From positions 1 through 28,506 of the IMG/VR virus record IMGVR_UViG_3300047511_000092: a stretch of 28,506 nt of DNA, one strand, 5' to 3'. A program made the translations under genes and the position numbers. Below, one piece after another: positions 1 through 9,828 of this stretch. Numbering within the stretch: position 1 is the first letter of the stretch; every line of letters begins with the position of its first letter. The notes under the pieces were generated by a model. It was not told the DNA's origin and did not search any database. It saw only the letters and a program-made list of their open reading frames with translations. The stretch is from a virus (taxonomy: Duplodnaviria > Caudoviricetes).

Positions 1-2
1 TG

Positions 3-3000
3 TCCAAGCTCAAGAAACAAGTTGAGAAGGGAGAACAAGATAAAGTAGGTCCAGCTACAAGCAAGATGGCTGCGCTTTACGGCAAGATGGAAGCGCTGCG
101 GCAAGACCTTGCCATACTACAAGATCAACCTGTTCAACGTCTTGACGTACAGCCTATTACTGCGCTGCCGTTTGATTTAGAAGCCCTTGAGAAAGCGCAG
201 CTTGGGAAAGTCCAAGAAGCTACCGAAAAGAAAAAGCAGGAATACGCGCAACGTATTCAAGATATTGATAAACAGATTGCCGAAGCTAAAGGCGTACAAC
301 GCGCTCAACTTGGCAAGAAAAAGAAACTGCTGCTCAGGCAAAAAGAAATCTTTGAAAACACAGGCGGCAATGTTGACCTTCAAGCACTTGAGCTTGCCGA
401 AGCCTTTGAAAACGCTAGGATGGGTACGGTACGTGCCGATAAGTCCATACCCCGTATTTCTGAAGAACAGCTTGCTGCACAGATAGGCGCATACAAAGCT
501 GACATTGCGGCTATTGATAAGTCGCTTGCGGCAAAAGGCAAGAAAGCTATCGAAGGACCGTTACGCGATACGCTCATAACGGCTAAAGATAATCGTCTGG
601 AAGCTATCAAAGAGATCCAGACACTGATCAATGCTTCTAACGAACGTATTGCTACGATCATTGACGAAAGCTTTAACAAGCCAAAAGGTACGCCAAAGAC
701 ACGCGCTACGGAAGCAGCCAAGCTGCAATACGAAATTGATGCCATGTCTTACTCAGCACCGGCTGTTAAGAAGGCTGCTAAAGATTACGGGTTTAAGAGT
801 GCGGAGTACGCACGTGCCCTACGTGATGCACGACGTAATGCAATGGCGCATATGTCTGAGCTTGAGAATGTGCCGCAAGCGCACAGCGTACGGGATTACT
901 TTGAACGTAAGGGCATCCTGAAGTCACGTGGACAAGTAGAGAATCCAACCACGGTTGCACAAGTTCGTAAGGTTATTCAAGGGGCGTTCCCATTAGTAAC
1001 CGATTGGGATAACAAGAATGTGTACGTCTACCCTGACGTTAAATCTCTTGGGAAAAACATTGGCGAATACTACAACGTCCCAACCGACGCTCGTGGTTTT
1101 GTAACGCCTTACGGCGAAGTGTATTTAATTGCCAGCAATATCACCAAAGGGCAAGAGCTTGCGGTATTCCTCCATGAGGTAGGTGCGCACGTTGGCTTCC
1201 GTAATATGCTGGGCGATGCGCAGTACAAAGCGCTTGTTAATCAGGTTGAAACTTGGGCTAAGCGTAATGACGGATCACAAGAATCCAAGATTGCTAAAGC
1301 AGCCATGCAGCGCGTTGAGTTTGCGCTTAAAGATGACATGGGTGGCATTGACGAGCAGGGTCGTCGAAAAGCTAGTCGAGCTGGAATTGATGAAATTCGT
1401 GATGACGAGATACTGGCTTACTTTGTAGAAGAAGCAGTTATAGCTGGCGTTAACCCCACAGAAAAAGGCAAAGGTCCGGTTGCTGGTTTCTTGTACCGCC
1501 TGTACGAGAACTTCAAAAAGATTATTGGCAAACTACTTGGGCCTGACTTTGCCAAAGAAATTAAGAACATGACCGCGCAAGACTTTGTGGACTTTGCGTA
1601 CGGTGCTGCTGATTTTGAACTGCGCGGTGAATGGCATGGCACGGGTGTGACATTCCAAGAGTTCGACCATTCATACATGGGCACTGGCGAAGGTTTACAA
1701 GCGTACATGTGGGGTACGTACACGGGGACTACACCGGAGACTTCTCTTGCATATGCCAGACAAGAACTAGAGAAAAAGCTTCAGTTAAATAAACCCAAAA
1801 TAAAGTTTGACTATAAGACAGCCGTTAAATTTAACGGAAAAACACGTGCAGAATTGTCCGTAATAGGGGACAAGGCGTTCAGTAAATATATGGAAGCTAT
1901 TCAGCTTGCTAATGCTGAAGAATTTTCAGAATTAAGAAAAGAATACACAAAAATAGAAGACACTGTCAGTTTGATCGACATGTTTACGCACTATATTGAT
2001 ATGGCCGTTGAGTTTGGAGAAAACAAAGAAGTATACAGAGCCTTAGTTTTAAACAATAACGCTAAACTTGTTGAGGCGTTAATCAGGCGATTAAAAATTG
2101 ATCGGGATTTAGATAGTTATAGCTTTTCGCCTGAAGAGCTAAACAAACTTTTAAAAGATTTTTCTTTTGACTACAGTGTTTCTACTCCAGACAAATCTTC
2201 TGCATATCTAAAACGTGTCATTCGTGAGCGCAAAGAAGATGAATATTGGGAATTAGAAAAACCGCTAAGCGAACAGTCTAAACACGTTCAACAATCTTTT
2301 GACGCGTTATTAAATGATTTGGCAAGCCCCGAAGATGCAGCTTTATTGAAAGAGCAACTTGAAAAAGATAACGACCGTTTTACTGCCGCAAATTTATTTC
2401 CTGCGTATTTATATGCAAAAAGTAAAACTACCTACGGCAGTCTTGGAGTTCCTAGACGTTCCAAAGTTGGAAAAATTTTAGCTATTTCTGTTGCAGACGA
2501 TCAAGTTCCTGCTGATCAACTTGTTGCGTTGCAACAAAAGTATTTTAAAGAAGTGCTTCAGAACCCGGAAAAAATACTTAGAAGTTCTGAAATCCATAAG
2601 GCTGCGGCTGAACTACTTTGGACTTATGGAATTGCAGGCAATAAACACCGAGGCGCAAAAGCTGATAATTACGTTAACTTCTACGATAAGCAGCAGCAAA
2701 TCCTTACAGCCGCAGAAGTAAGTGACCTTGAAGAAAGTGTTAAAGGCGTACTGGGTACAAAAGGTCCAACGCGTAAATTATTGCTCTCAGTTAATTACCC
2801 CGCTGATATGCCTGCCAGTGTTGCGGACACGGTTCAACGCATCACAGGCGCTGAGCAAGGTGTTGTTGAGCGGTTAAAAAATACCCTGCGTGGTGGGGAG
2901 TTTAGAGCGCGGTTTGTTGACAGGCTAGATCCGCTTGAGCAAGTGCTCAAACACGCTAAGGACAACGAACTGGCGCAAGCACAGCAGATGTTTGAGGCTG

Positions 3001-5432
3001 TGTACTACGCACGGATGCACGACCAGCGCATGAACTTTACGGCTGCTGTGGTTAACCACGGTGGTATGAAGATGGTGCAGCGTCCCAAAGCTGACGGCAC
3101 GATGGAGTACATCCCAGAGGCTGGGTTTGGCGTTAGCTTGCGTGAGATCTCTGAGTCATTGCGCGAGTCAGGTATTGACGCTGACGCTGCCAACCGTTTG
3201 TTCACAACCTACATGGCCCACCAACGCGCTAAGAACAACCCGAACGTGGGCTTGCGCAAGCTGAACTTCAATACTGATCCTGCTAAGGGTGGCATTTCGG
3301 TGGACATGCTCAAGGATGTTGACGCTTACATCAACTCCAAACCTGAGATTAAAGACGCCTTTGAAAAAGCGCGTACTCAATACAACGAGTACAACAAGAA
3401 CCTCATCAACTTCCTTGAGGCTACGGGCGCTATTTCCAAAGACCTTGCCAAGACGCTCAACAGCACCAAGGACTACATCCCCTTCTACCGTGTTGATGAG
3501 AAGAAGGAGCAGGTGTTCCTGAGCATTGGCACAGAGGATGTACCCATCAACATTGGCAGCTTGAAAGAGCAGCCGTACTTACGTGAACTTGTTGGTGGGA
3601 ATGAACACATCGTTGACTTCTTTACCAGCTCGGTTCAAAACACCACCATCCTGACTGACATGGCGCTGCGCAATTTAGCGTCAAGCCGTGTAGCAACGTC
3701 TCTCAAATCCCTTGGGTTTGCCGAAATTAAGCCTAACGCTAAGCCTGAAGGTCCGAACGTTGTGCGCTTCAAAGTTAATGGGGAAACGCAATCGGCTGTG
3801 CTAAGCGAGGACAAGCTTGACGAGCTGGGTATTGACGCAAGTATCTTGGTCAAAGGGCTTGAAGGCGTGTCGATGACGCTACCGTTTATGGCGCGTATGT
3901 TTACAGGCCCAGCACAGGTACTACGTAAGTTTGTTACCCGCAACCCTGTGTACATGCTGCGTCAGATTGTGCGGGATACGAGTGCCGCAGCGTTGGTAAC
4001 TGGCGCTGACATTACGCCTGTGTTCTCAGCTCTCAAGCAGTTCCCCTCGATGGTTAAAGGTACAAGTAACGTAGAGGAGTTGCTGAAGAAGCGTGGCATA
4101 TTTGGTGGGCAGACCATTACAGGCTCGCCAGAAGATATGGCGAAGCTGTTGCGTGATCTGGCTAAAGGCGGCAAAACGCTGAACTTCCAACTTGCGCGTC
4201 TTGATGAGCTGTCAATGAAGGCTGACGCTGCCACACGTATGACGTTATATGAGGACTTCCGTGCCAAGGGTATGTCGGAGATGGAAGCCACACTGGGGGC
4301 GCTAGAGTCGATGAACTTCGGACGGCGTGGGTACTCTCCAACAGCTTATATGTTGAGCATGTTAGTGCCGTTTATGAATGCACAGATCCAAGGTCTGGAT
4401 GTTGTGTATCGTGCCTTTACCGGAAAGATGTACGGTGAGAGTCAGCTTGATGTGCGTAAGAAGTTAATGACACGCGGCGCGATGCTCGCCGCTACTGCCA
4501 TAGCTTACGCAGCACTGATGCAAGATGACGAGGCGTACCAGAATGCACCCCCTGAAGATAAGTACAACAACTTCTTTGTGTACATCCCCGGTGTCAGTGA
4601 ACCACTGCGTGTGCCCATCCCGTTTGAATTAGGGTACATCTTCAAGGCACTGCCTGAGATGGTGTTCAACATGGCGACAACTGATGAGACTTTGCAGAAG
4701 AACATCCCTGCGCTTAAGTCAATGGTCGTCAACAGCATACCCATCGGACTGCCACAGTTCATCAAACCTGCGCTTGAAGTTGCTGTGAACTACTCCTTCT
4801 ATGGTGGTCGTGCAATTGAAAGTCAGCGTGAGCTTGATATGACCAACGCTGAGCGTGTGCGTCAAAACACAACAGAGGTTGCCAAACTGCTCAGTAAGAT
4901 GACTACGGTCACGGTGGGGTCCAAAGAGTACGGACTGTCACCCATTGAAATTGATCACTTGATGCGTGGTTACTTTGGAGGGCTTTTACCTGCGCTAATG
5001 AGCGTGGCTAACCCTGTGCTTGAGGAGCCGACCAAGGTTAAACCTGAGACACGGGCAAGCGGCACTGTTTTGATCGGTGGGTTGTTCCAGCCTAAAGATG
5101 CAACAGGTCTTATCAACTTTGCCTACGAACAAGTGTATGACATTCAGCAACGCCAGCGTACGCTCAAAGAGCTTGAGAACACAGGTCGTGCGGCAGATGC
5201 GGACATCTTCTACAAAGAAAATGAATTCCTGCTTGACCTGACTAAGGACGCAGGGCGCTTCAAGAAGAAGATGGGTGACCTTGCTGCTGAAGAACGTGTA
5301 GTGCGCGAAGACCCCGACATGACGCCTGCTCAAAAGCGCAAGGAGCTTGATGAAATTAGGGCTGAGCGGATCGCATTTGCCAAGGATATGATAGCTGCTG
5401 TCGCTGAAAGTAAACGCCAAATTGCCCGTTGA
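3..5432 (+). CDS. Giant polyvalent / internal virion (ejection) protein, 5'-partial: zincin-like metallopeptidase motif, ART-like region, C-terminal LPD38-like domain
   Basis: The frame is open from base 3 (SKLKKQVEK...) into the 66..5432 ORF, so the start may lie outside the window. Motifs: LAVFLHEVGAH (HExxxH at 1173-1190) with a downstream DEILAY; WHGT..FQEFD...GTGEG.QAY.WG.Y (from 1632) ... KPLSEQ ... NYVNFYD (2667-2687); RVPIPFELG (~4608-4634), typical of LPD38. Confidence 0.75.
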   Translation, partial: SKLKKQVEKGEQDKVGPATSKMAALYGKMEALRQDLAILQDQPVQRLDVQPITALPFDLEALEKAQLGKVQEATEKKKQEYAQRIQDIDKQIAEAKGVQRAQLGKKKKLLLRQKEIFENTGGNVDLQALELAEAFENARMGTVRADKSIPRISEEQLAAQIGAYKADIAAIDKSLAAKGKKAIEGPLRDTLITAKDNRLEAIKEIQTLINASNERIATIIDESFNKPKGTPKTRATEAAKLQYEIDAMSYSAPAVKKAAKDYGFKSAEYARALRDARRNAMAHMSELENVPQAHSVRDYFERKGILKSRGQVENPTTVAQVRKVIQGAFPLVTDWDNKNVYVYPDVKSLGKNIGEYYNVPTDARGFVTPYGEVYLIASNITKGQELAVFLHEVGAHVGFRNMLGDAQYKALVNQVETWAKRNDGSQESKIAKAAMQRVEFALKDDMGGIDEQGRRKASRAGIDEIRDDEILAYFVEEAVIAGVNPTEKGKGPVAGFLYRLYENFKKIIGKLLGPDFAKEIKNMTAQDFVDFAYGAADFELRGEWHGTGVTFQEFDHSYMGTGEGLQAYMWGTYTGTTPETSLAYARQELEKKLQLNKPKIKFDYKTAVKFNGKTRAELSVIGDKAFSKYMEAIQLANAEEFSELRKEYTKIEDTVSLIDMFTHYIDMAVEFGENKEVYRALVLNNNAKLVEALIRRLKIDRDLDSYSFSPEELNKLLKDFSFDYSVSTPDKSSAYLKRVIRERKEDEYWELEKPLSEQSKHVQQSFDALLNDLASPEDAALLKEQLEKDNDRFTAANLFPAYLYAKSKTTYGSLGVPRRSKVGKILAISVADDQVPADQLVALQQKYFKEVLQNPEKILRSSEIHKAAAELLWTYGIAGNKHRGAKADNYVNFYDKQQQILTAAEVSDLEESVKGVLGTKGPTRKLLLSVNYPADMPASVADTVQRITGAEQGVVERLKNTLRGGEFRARFVDRLDPLEQVLKHAKDNELAQAQQMFEAVYYARMHDQRMNFTAAVVNHGGMKMVQRPKADGTMEYIPEAGFGVSLREISESLRESGIDADAANRLFTTYMAHQRAKNNPNVGLRKLNFNTDPAKGGISVDMLKDVDAYINSKPEIKDAFEKARTQYNEYNKNLINFLEATGAISKDLAKTLNSTKDYIPFYRVDEKKEQVFLSIGTEDVPINIGSLKEQPYLRELVGGNEHIVDFFTSSVQNTTILTDMALRNLASSRVATSLKSLGFAEIKPNAKPEGPNVVRFKVNGETQSAVLSEDKLDELGIDASILVKGLEGVSMTLPFMARMFTGPAQVLRKFVTRNPVYMLRQIVRDTSAAALVTGADITPVFSALKQFPSMVKGTSNVEELLKKRGIFGGQTITGSPEDMAKLLRDLAKGGKTLNFQLARLDELSMKADAATRMTLYEDFRAKGMSEMEATLGALESMNFGRRGYSPTAYMLSMLVPFMNAQIQGLDVVYRAFTGKMYGESQLDVRKKLMTRGAMLAATAIAYAALMQDDEAYQNAPPEDKYNNFFVYIPGVSEPLRVPIPFELGYIFKALPEMVFNMATTDETLQKNIPALKSMVVNSIPIGLPQFIKPALEVAVNYSFYGGRAIESQRELDMTNAERVRQNTTEVAKLLSKMTTVTVGSKEYGLSPIEIDHLMRGYFGGLLPALMSVANPVLEEPTKVKPETRASGTVLIGGLFQPKDATGLINFAYEQVYDIQQRQRTLKELENTGRAADADIFYKENEFLLDLTKDAGRFKKKMGDLAAEERVVREDPDMTPAQKRKELDEIRAERIAFAKDMIAAVAESKRQIAR

Positions 5433-5610
5433 CAATGCACGTGGTGTGCTTGATGTGAAAGATATGCTGCTCTGTTGCTGAGCGAAATGCTTTCTGTATA
5501 GTAAGTTCTGGATTGAGCGTAGGTATGAAGAAACCCCCTCCCGGTGGGGTTTGCTCCCACGGGAAGGTAAAGTCAGTCTTCGATTTCTGGCATTGAGATT
5601 CTGATTGCAT
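5356..5610 (-). CDS. Small conserved-looking phage protein (FPW...GGGFFIP motif); start uncertain (5610 or 5631)
   Basis: ORF directly downstream of and overlapping the primase stop. The FTFPWEQTPPGGGFFIPTLN segment is protein-like. It overlaps the end of the + strand gene convergently by 77 nt and has no clear RBS. Confidence 0.5.
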   Translation of the reverse strand: MQSESQCQKSKTDFTFPWEQTPPGGGFFIPTLNPELTIQKAFRSATEQHIFHIKHTTCIVNGQFGVYFQRQQLSYPWQMRSAQP

Positions 5611-8443
5611 TGACGCGCATTCCCGGTCCACGGGTTTTCTTCATTAGATCAGTCTTACCGTACGTGACACGGTAGATACGCTCAATCTGTTTCTTAAAGT
5701 CAGCGTACCCAAAACTCATCGTGGCGCAGTACGACTTCAGTAAGTTTTCTTCAATGATGTAATCAATGTATCCCGGCGTCAGTCCGTGTTCAACGCGCCC
5801 TGCAATCTCAGACCGAGATATGGTTTCGTCAATCACACCACCATCACCAAGTGTCGCAGCAAGCGTACCATCGACAGCCTTGATGACAACAAACTTACCG
5901 TAAAACTCACGTGTGTAGCTGTTGAGTACATCCTCAACCGTACGTTTGCTGCTCTTCACTGTTTCCCTACTCCTGAACACAAGGTCACGAAAGACCCGCA
6001 TGATGCGCTGCACAGGGAGGTCAATAATCCCCATGTACTTGTTACCCATAACGGCAGCGCCTGCAATACAAGCAGTACACCCCGCAGTCCAGAAGCGTTC
6101 ATCATCAGATGACCTGAACTCCATGCGCACATGTTTTTCAATTTTCTTATACAGCTTCTGCGCTTCCAGTGCGTTTTGTGACAGCCATTGTGCATACAGG
6201 GGACCAACAAGTCCGTAGTTTTGTGAAAGCGACACAATCACATCACGCTCATGATCATCCCACGTCAACACGTTTGTGAGCGTTAATTCAAGCACACGGC
6301 GCAGCTCACCTTCAGAGGAGTGCTTGCGGTTACCCGTCATGTAATCAACCACGTGCGTGTTTGATGCCATCAATGCAAGCAGTGACCACGCTGTAGTGTT
6401 GAGCCTCTCCTTGTTAGCGCCAGACTCCATACGCTCTTTGCCCTTGCCCTCGCTAAAGTCAAAGACCATAGCTGGGAACCATTCAAAGTCGCGCCTGTTC
6501 TTAACAGTGATTTCATCAGAGATCAATGGTATTGAACCCAACATACCTGCGTGGTGCAGCATGGCTACGTCTGATGTGGAGCGGCTAACGCGAAGGTGAT
6601 CAGGATGCCCCCAAACACTTGCTGCTAAACGTAGTGCTAACGATTTACCCGTACCAGATTCTGTTGACCCAAGGTGAAACGTCAGCCCCGCCAATTTACT
6701 AAAAGCCATGAAGGGGGAACCTAGACCCACGCACAGCATGGCTAAGATTTCATCCAAACCTTTTTCAATCAAGACCTGAATGACATCTTTCCATTTTTCT
6801 AGAGCGCCCATTGAGCGCATACTAGTTGTGATGTTTTGAAGATCCGGCATGGGCACCCTCCGCGCCATACCGTTTTGATACACCATGCCACCATGAACAA
6901 AAGGCGTGTTGTGTCCTGTTATCAACCTGTCAGTGTTCTGCCACCCGTAGCTTGACGGGATGATGAGCGGTGTTTGAGATACGCTGGCACTTTCGACACA
7001 CCCACGCACGTAGTCAAACAAGTTCTTGTCATTACCTGCGCCAAACGAAGCGATGATGTTTTGCGCTGCCAGCGTTTTGAGTGTTTCATCTTTACTGACT
7101 ACGGACTTTTGATTTAATAGTATGTCGTGGTATTCGTTGTCACGTTCAGTCACCATGTGGACAACGTGTTCGCCCGTTGGCTGCTTAAGAATGTCCACCG
7201 CGAATAAAGTGTACGGCAGCACCATCACTGATTTTTTAGACTTATTACCTTGATCATCCTCAAGCGTTTTGTCTGCAAACACACCTCCCTTAGCACCGTA
7301 GCTAAATCCTCGTGGTGGGGCAGGGCGCGTAATCTGGATGGGTAAAACTTCTTCCTCATCCTGTATCTCAATTTGTTTCTCAGTGTTGTCTGTTATTACA
7401 GTCCGGCACAACACTAAAGGGTTAGTTATCTTTCCCCAGTGCGGACACTTTGTGCAAACGCCCGGATTCTCGCTATCCATCTTGACGCACGGATACGGGC
7501 CTTTAATGTCGCGCAGCTTCTGGCGCATACGATCTTCGTCATACGGGTGCATCTCCGAAATGCGGCTCGCATAGTCACCTCCATCTGTACAACGCGTTGT
7601 CCAAGATAGTAAGCCTCGCCATAGCGGTTCCATTCCGTCTTCGCTGGCGTGTTCTTTGTAGTATTCAAGCTGTCTGCACCCCGTGCCTTCAATTGTTTTG
7701 ATCCACAGGATCTTAAACTCACTTTGAAGATTGTCCAGTAGCTTTATGCTTGTAGTGCCTTCTGCAAACTTAGGACGCTCTCCTTCAATCTCAACCTTCT
7801 GCGCCAGCATGGGGCTGTAAGCATGACCGTTTAGTTTTTTAATCAGGTGATTTGAGAACGCATCAAACTCAAACGCTTCAGGTTTTGCTTCAACCATGAT
7901 GCGCACAGCACGAGGCTTGGGGTACTTAGGCTTGAAGTTGACTGTCCCCGGTATGCGCAAGACACGCGCTGCATCAGCAGTCACGGTGTTATCAATACGC
8001 ATGTTCTCCTGAGCGCACAAACGCTTTAAGTTCTCTGCAACAGGTTTCCAAACGTCAATAGAAACGTTTTCTGTGAAAGGCCAATACACATGTAGCCCTC
8101 CACCCGAATCAACAACAAGCGGTTGCCCAAGCTGCGCGAGGTCTGTCTTCTCAAGAAATACGTCAAGCGCCTCCGCAGCATCACGCTTGGTTTCGTAACC
8201 GTCCAAGTCTAAAAAAGCAGCACGTATGTACTCAGCGTTCTTTGCTGTACGGTTTCCTTCTTCTTTGAACGTAGCCAACGCAAAGTAAACGTCCCGCCTG
8301 TCCTTAACCCACTTATCTACGACATGTTCAAACTCTCCTAAATTTGTTGAGAAAACGTGTTCTTTCTTTTTACTTGTTAGCTCGGCTATGCAGTACACAC
8401 CTGTCGATGGGAGCACTGCCGCCAAAAACTCTTGCGGTTGCAT
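5573..8443 (-). CDS. Primase-helicase fusion: N-terminal AEP/RepB-type primase, Cys-rich linker, C-terminal DUF927 / P-loop helicase
   Basis: AEP motifs FLDLD, VDSGGGLHVYW and ARVLRIPGT; Cys cluster GPYPC-x10-CTKC; Walker A-like STESGTGKS; Walker B-like ISDEIT; GKGKERM; 956 aa. Confidence 0.85.
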   Translation of the reverse strand: MQPQEFLAAVLPSTGVYCIAELTSKKKEHVFSTNLGEFEHVVDKWVKDRRDVYFALATFKEEGNRTAKNAEYIRAAFLDLDGYETKRDAAEALDVFLEKTDLAQLGQPLVVDSGGGLHVYWPFTENVSIDVWKPVAENLKRLCAQENMRIDNTVTADAARVLRIPGTVNFKPKYPKPRAVRIMVEAKPEAFEFDAFSNHLIKKLNGHAYSPMLAQKVEIEGERPKFAEGTTSIKLLDNLQSEFKILWIKTIEGTGCRQLEYYKEHASEDGMEPLWRGLLSWTTRCTDGGDYASRISEMHPYDEDRMRQKLRDIKGPYPCVKMDSENPGVCTKCPHWGKITNPLVLCRTVITDNTEKQIEIQDEEEVLPIQITRPAPPRGFSYGAKGGVFADKTLEDDQGNKSKKSVMVLPYTLFAVDILKQPTGEHVVHMVTERDNEYHDILLNQKSVVSKDETLKTLAAQNIIASFGAGNDKNLFDYVRGCVESASVSQTPLIIPSSYGWQNTDRLITGHNTPFVHGGMVYQNGMARRVPMPDLQNITTSMRSMGALEKWKDVIQVLIEKGLDEILAMLCVGLGSPFMAFSKLAGLTFHLGSTESGTGKSLALRLAASVWGHPDHLRVSRSTSDVAMLHHAGMLGSIPLISDEITVKNRRDFEWFPAMVFDFSEGKGKERMESGANKERLNTTAWSLLALMASNTHVVDYMTGNRKHSSEGELRRVLELTLTNVLTWDDHERDVIVSLSQNYGLVGPLYAQWLSQNALEAQKLYKKIEKHVRMEFRSSDDERFWTAGCTACIAGAAVMGNKYMGIIDLPVQRIMRVFRDLVFRSRETVKSSKRTVEDVLNSYTREFYGKFVVIKAVDGTLAATLGDGGVIDETISRSEIAGRVEHGLTPGYIDYIIEENLLKSYCATMSFGYADFKKQIERIYRVTYGKTDLMKKTRGPGMRVNAIRISMPEIED

Positions 8444-8457
8444 GAAAACTCCACAGG

Positions 8458-8652
8458 TCAGAACAGGGGTAGCTGGCGCTCGTCTTTTTCTTCAGTGTTG
8501 TTGGGAGTGTGCGTTTCTAGGTAGCGAACCATGCGCCGTACAAGTTCTTTTAGAAACTCTGGCCCCACCTCATCCCAATGTATTTCACAGTAGTTAAGCA
8601 ACTCCGTGTCTGTCAGGCTTGTAGGTTGTATGTCTCGCATATATGTCTCCAT
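8458..8652 (-). CDS. Hypothetical protein
   Basis: 64-aa ORF filling the gap between the HTH gene and the primase gene; C-terminal QLPLF resembles a beta-clamp-binding motif. Confidence 0.6.
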   Translation of the reverse strand: METYMRDIQPTSLTDTELLNYCEIHWDEVGPEFLKELVRRMVRYLETHTPNNTEEKDERQLPLF

Positions 8653-8891
8653 GCGTGATCGGCTGTTGGTTGCCTCTCAAGAATATTAATAAGTTCTTGT
8701 ACACGTGAACGGTACGCAGGTGTTACCTCAACGCCCGATAGCCAGTTATAAACTGTTTGCCTAGTAGCACCAGTAAATTTGGAAATACGTAGTACAGAGA
8801 AGTCTCGATGAATTGCCCAACGTCCAAGGCGCGAACCAAGGGAGCGCGGGGCATGTTTCACAATATTTTTTGTGCGGTCAGAATAGGGCAT
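8613..8891 (-). CDS. Cro/XRE-like helix-turn-helix DNA-binding protein
   Basis: SVLRISKFTGATRQTVYNWLSG is a classic HTH signature; 92 aa. Confidence 0.75.
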   Translation of the reverse strand: MPYSDRTKNIVKHAPRSLGSRLGRWAIHRDFSVLRISKFTGATRQTVYNWLSGVEVTPAYRSRVQELINILERQPTADHAWRHICETYNLQA

Positions 8892-8900
8892 AGTGTTTAA

Positions 8901-8916
8901 GGGGGCGCTAGCCCCC
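8901..8916 (-). terminator. GC-rich hairpin between the SSB-like and HTH genes (possible weak terminator/attenuator)
   Basis: GGGGGC-gcta-GCCCCC, a 6-bp perfect stem right after the stop at 8923; only a weak T-tract follows. Confidence 0.4.
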
Positions 8917-8922
8917 GGTTAA

Positions 8923-9828
8923 TTACTCGTCGTCAGTGTCCCACTGCGCTACGGTAGCAGCAATCCCCGACTTCTTAGGTACAGCGTTAGTAGGGGTTGA
9001 CTCTTTACGCACTGCGGGTTCTTCATCTTCCTCAGCAACTTCAACAGCTTTCTTCTTTGCTGCTTTAGGTTTTGAACCTTCAAGCGAAGGTACTGCGGGA
9101 GCAGCTACAGGTTGCACGGCTGCGTATGACATGGCTACAAGTTTGCGAACTTCTTCCGATTCAACCTTCTCTGAAACAGATTCAAACTCATCATCCGTCA
9201 ACCAACGCATAGCCTTGAAGAACAGCTTGGGCACTGCCGCTTTTGTATCAAACTTCATGCGCGTAACAACGTGCTCAGGGTTGATGTCTTGTGCGGCCAG
9301 CCAACGTGCGTATGCCTGTAAGGGCATGTCACCGTTAACTTCTTTACCAAAGATACTTGTAGCCGGTAAGCTGAGGGCTAGTGCATCACCCGTAAGATCA
9401 TTGGCAAGTGTTACAGCAATAGGTTGCTTAAACCCACAAGCGCGACTGTTACCTTCACCGCTGCCCTGAATATTTTTAGGACAGTCGGCGCAGTTGTGGT
9501 GCTGCGGTTCAGCAGCTTTCGGGTCAGGCTTATCACCATCTGCTGACCAGCAAACAGGAGGTGAGTTTTTACCTTCCTCAAACTTCTCAGCAAAAAACGT
9601 ACGTCCAATTTTTGGAGCGGCAGCGACAATAACAACATCAAGATGGCGCTCATCAATTGACGCAACCTCTTTGCCATCACTGATCAAACGAAACACACCA
9701 CCTTTGATGGATATGTTTTTACCTTTGCGCCCATTACCTCCACCAGTAAGTGCGGTTGAGATTGCGGACGTTTGTCCCTTTGCAAACGAAGGAACTTTGG
9801 AGGGATTAAAAACTGTTACGTTACTCAT
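8923..9828 (-). CDS. Putative single-stranded DNA-binding / recombination protein
   Basis: Position in the replication module; four Cys (VCWS, CADCP, RAC); low-complexity Ala/Pro/Lys linker; acidic tail with an aromatic residue (WDTDDE), as in phage SSBs. Confidence 0.5.
   Translation of the reverse strand: MSNVTVFNPSKVPSFAKGQTSAISTALTGGGNGRKGKNISIKGGVFRLISDGKEVASIDERHLDVVIVAAAPKIGRTFFAEKFEEGKNSPPVCWSADGDKPDPKAAEPQHHNCADCPKNIQGSGEGNSRACGFKQPIAVTLANDLTGDALALSLPATSIFGKEVNGDMPLQAYARWLAAQDINPEHVVTRMKFDTKAAVPKLFFKAMRWLTDDEFESVSEKVESEEVRKLVAMSYAAVQPVAAPAVPSLEGSKPKAAKKKAVEVAEEDEEPAVRKESTPTNAVPKKSGIAATVAQWDTDDE

Noticed and set aside
177-5435. Many short alternate-frame and antisense ORFs within the giant gene (and similar + strand ORFs opposite the - strand genes)
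   Set aside because: Shadow ORFs with no motifs or RBS, fully nested in well-supported genes.
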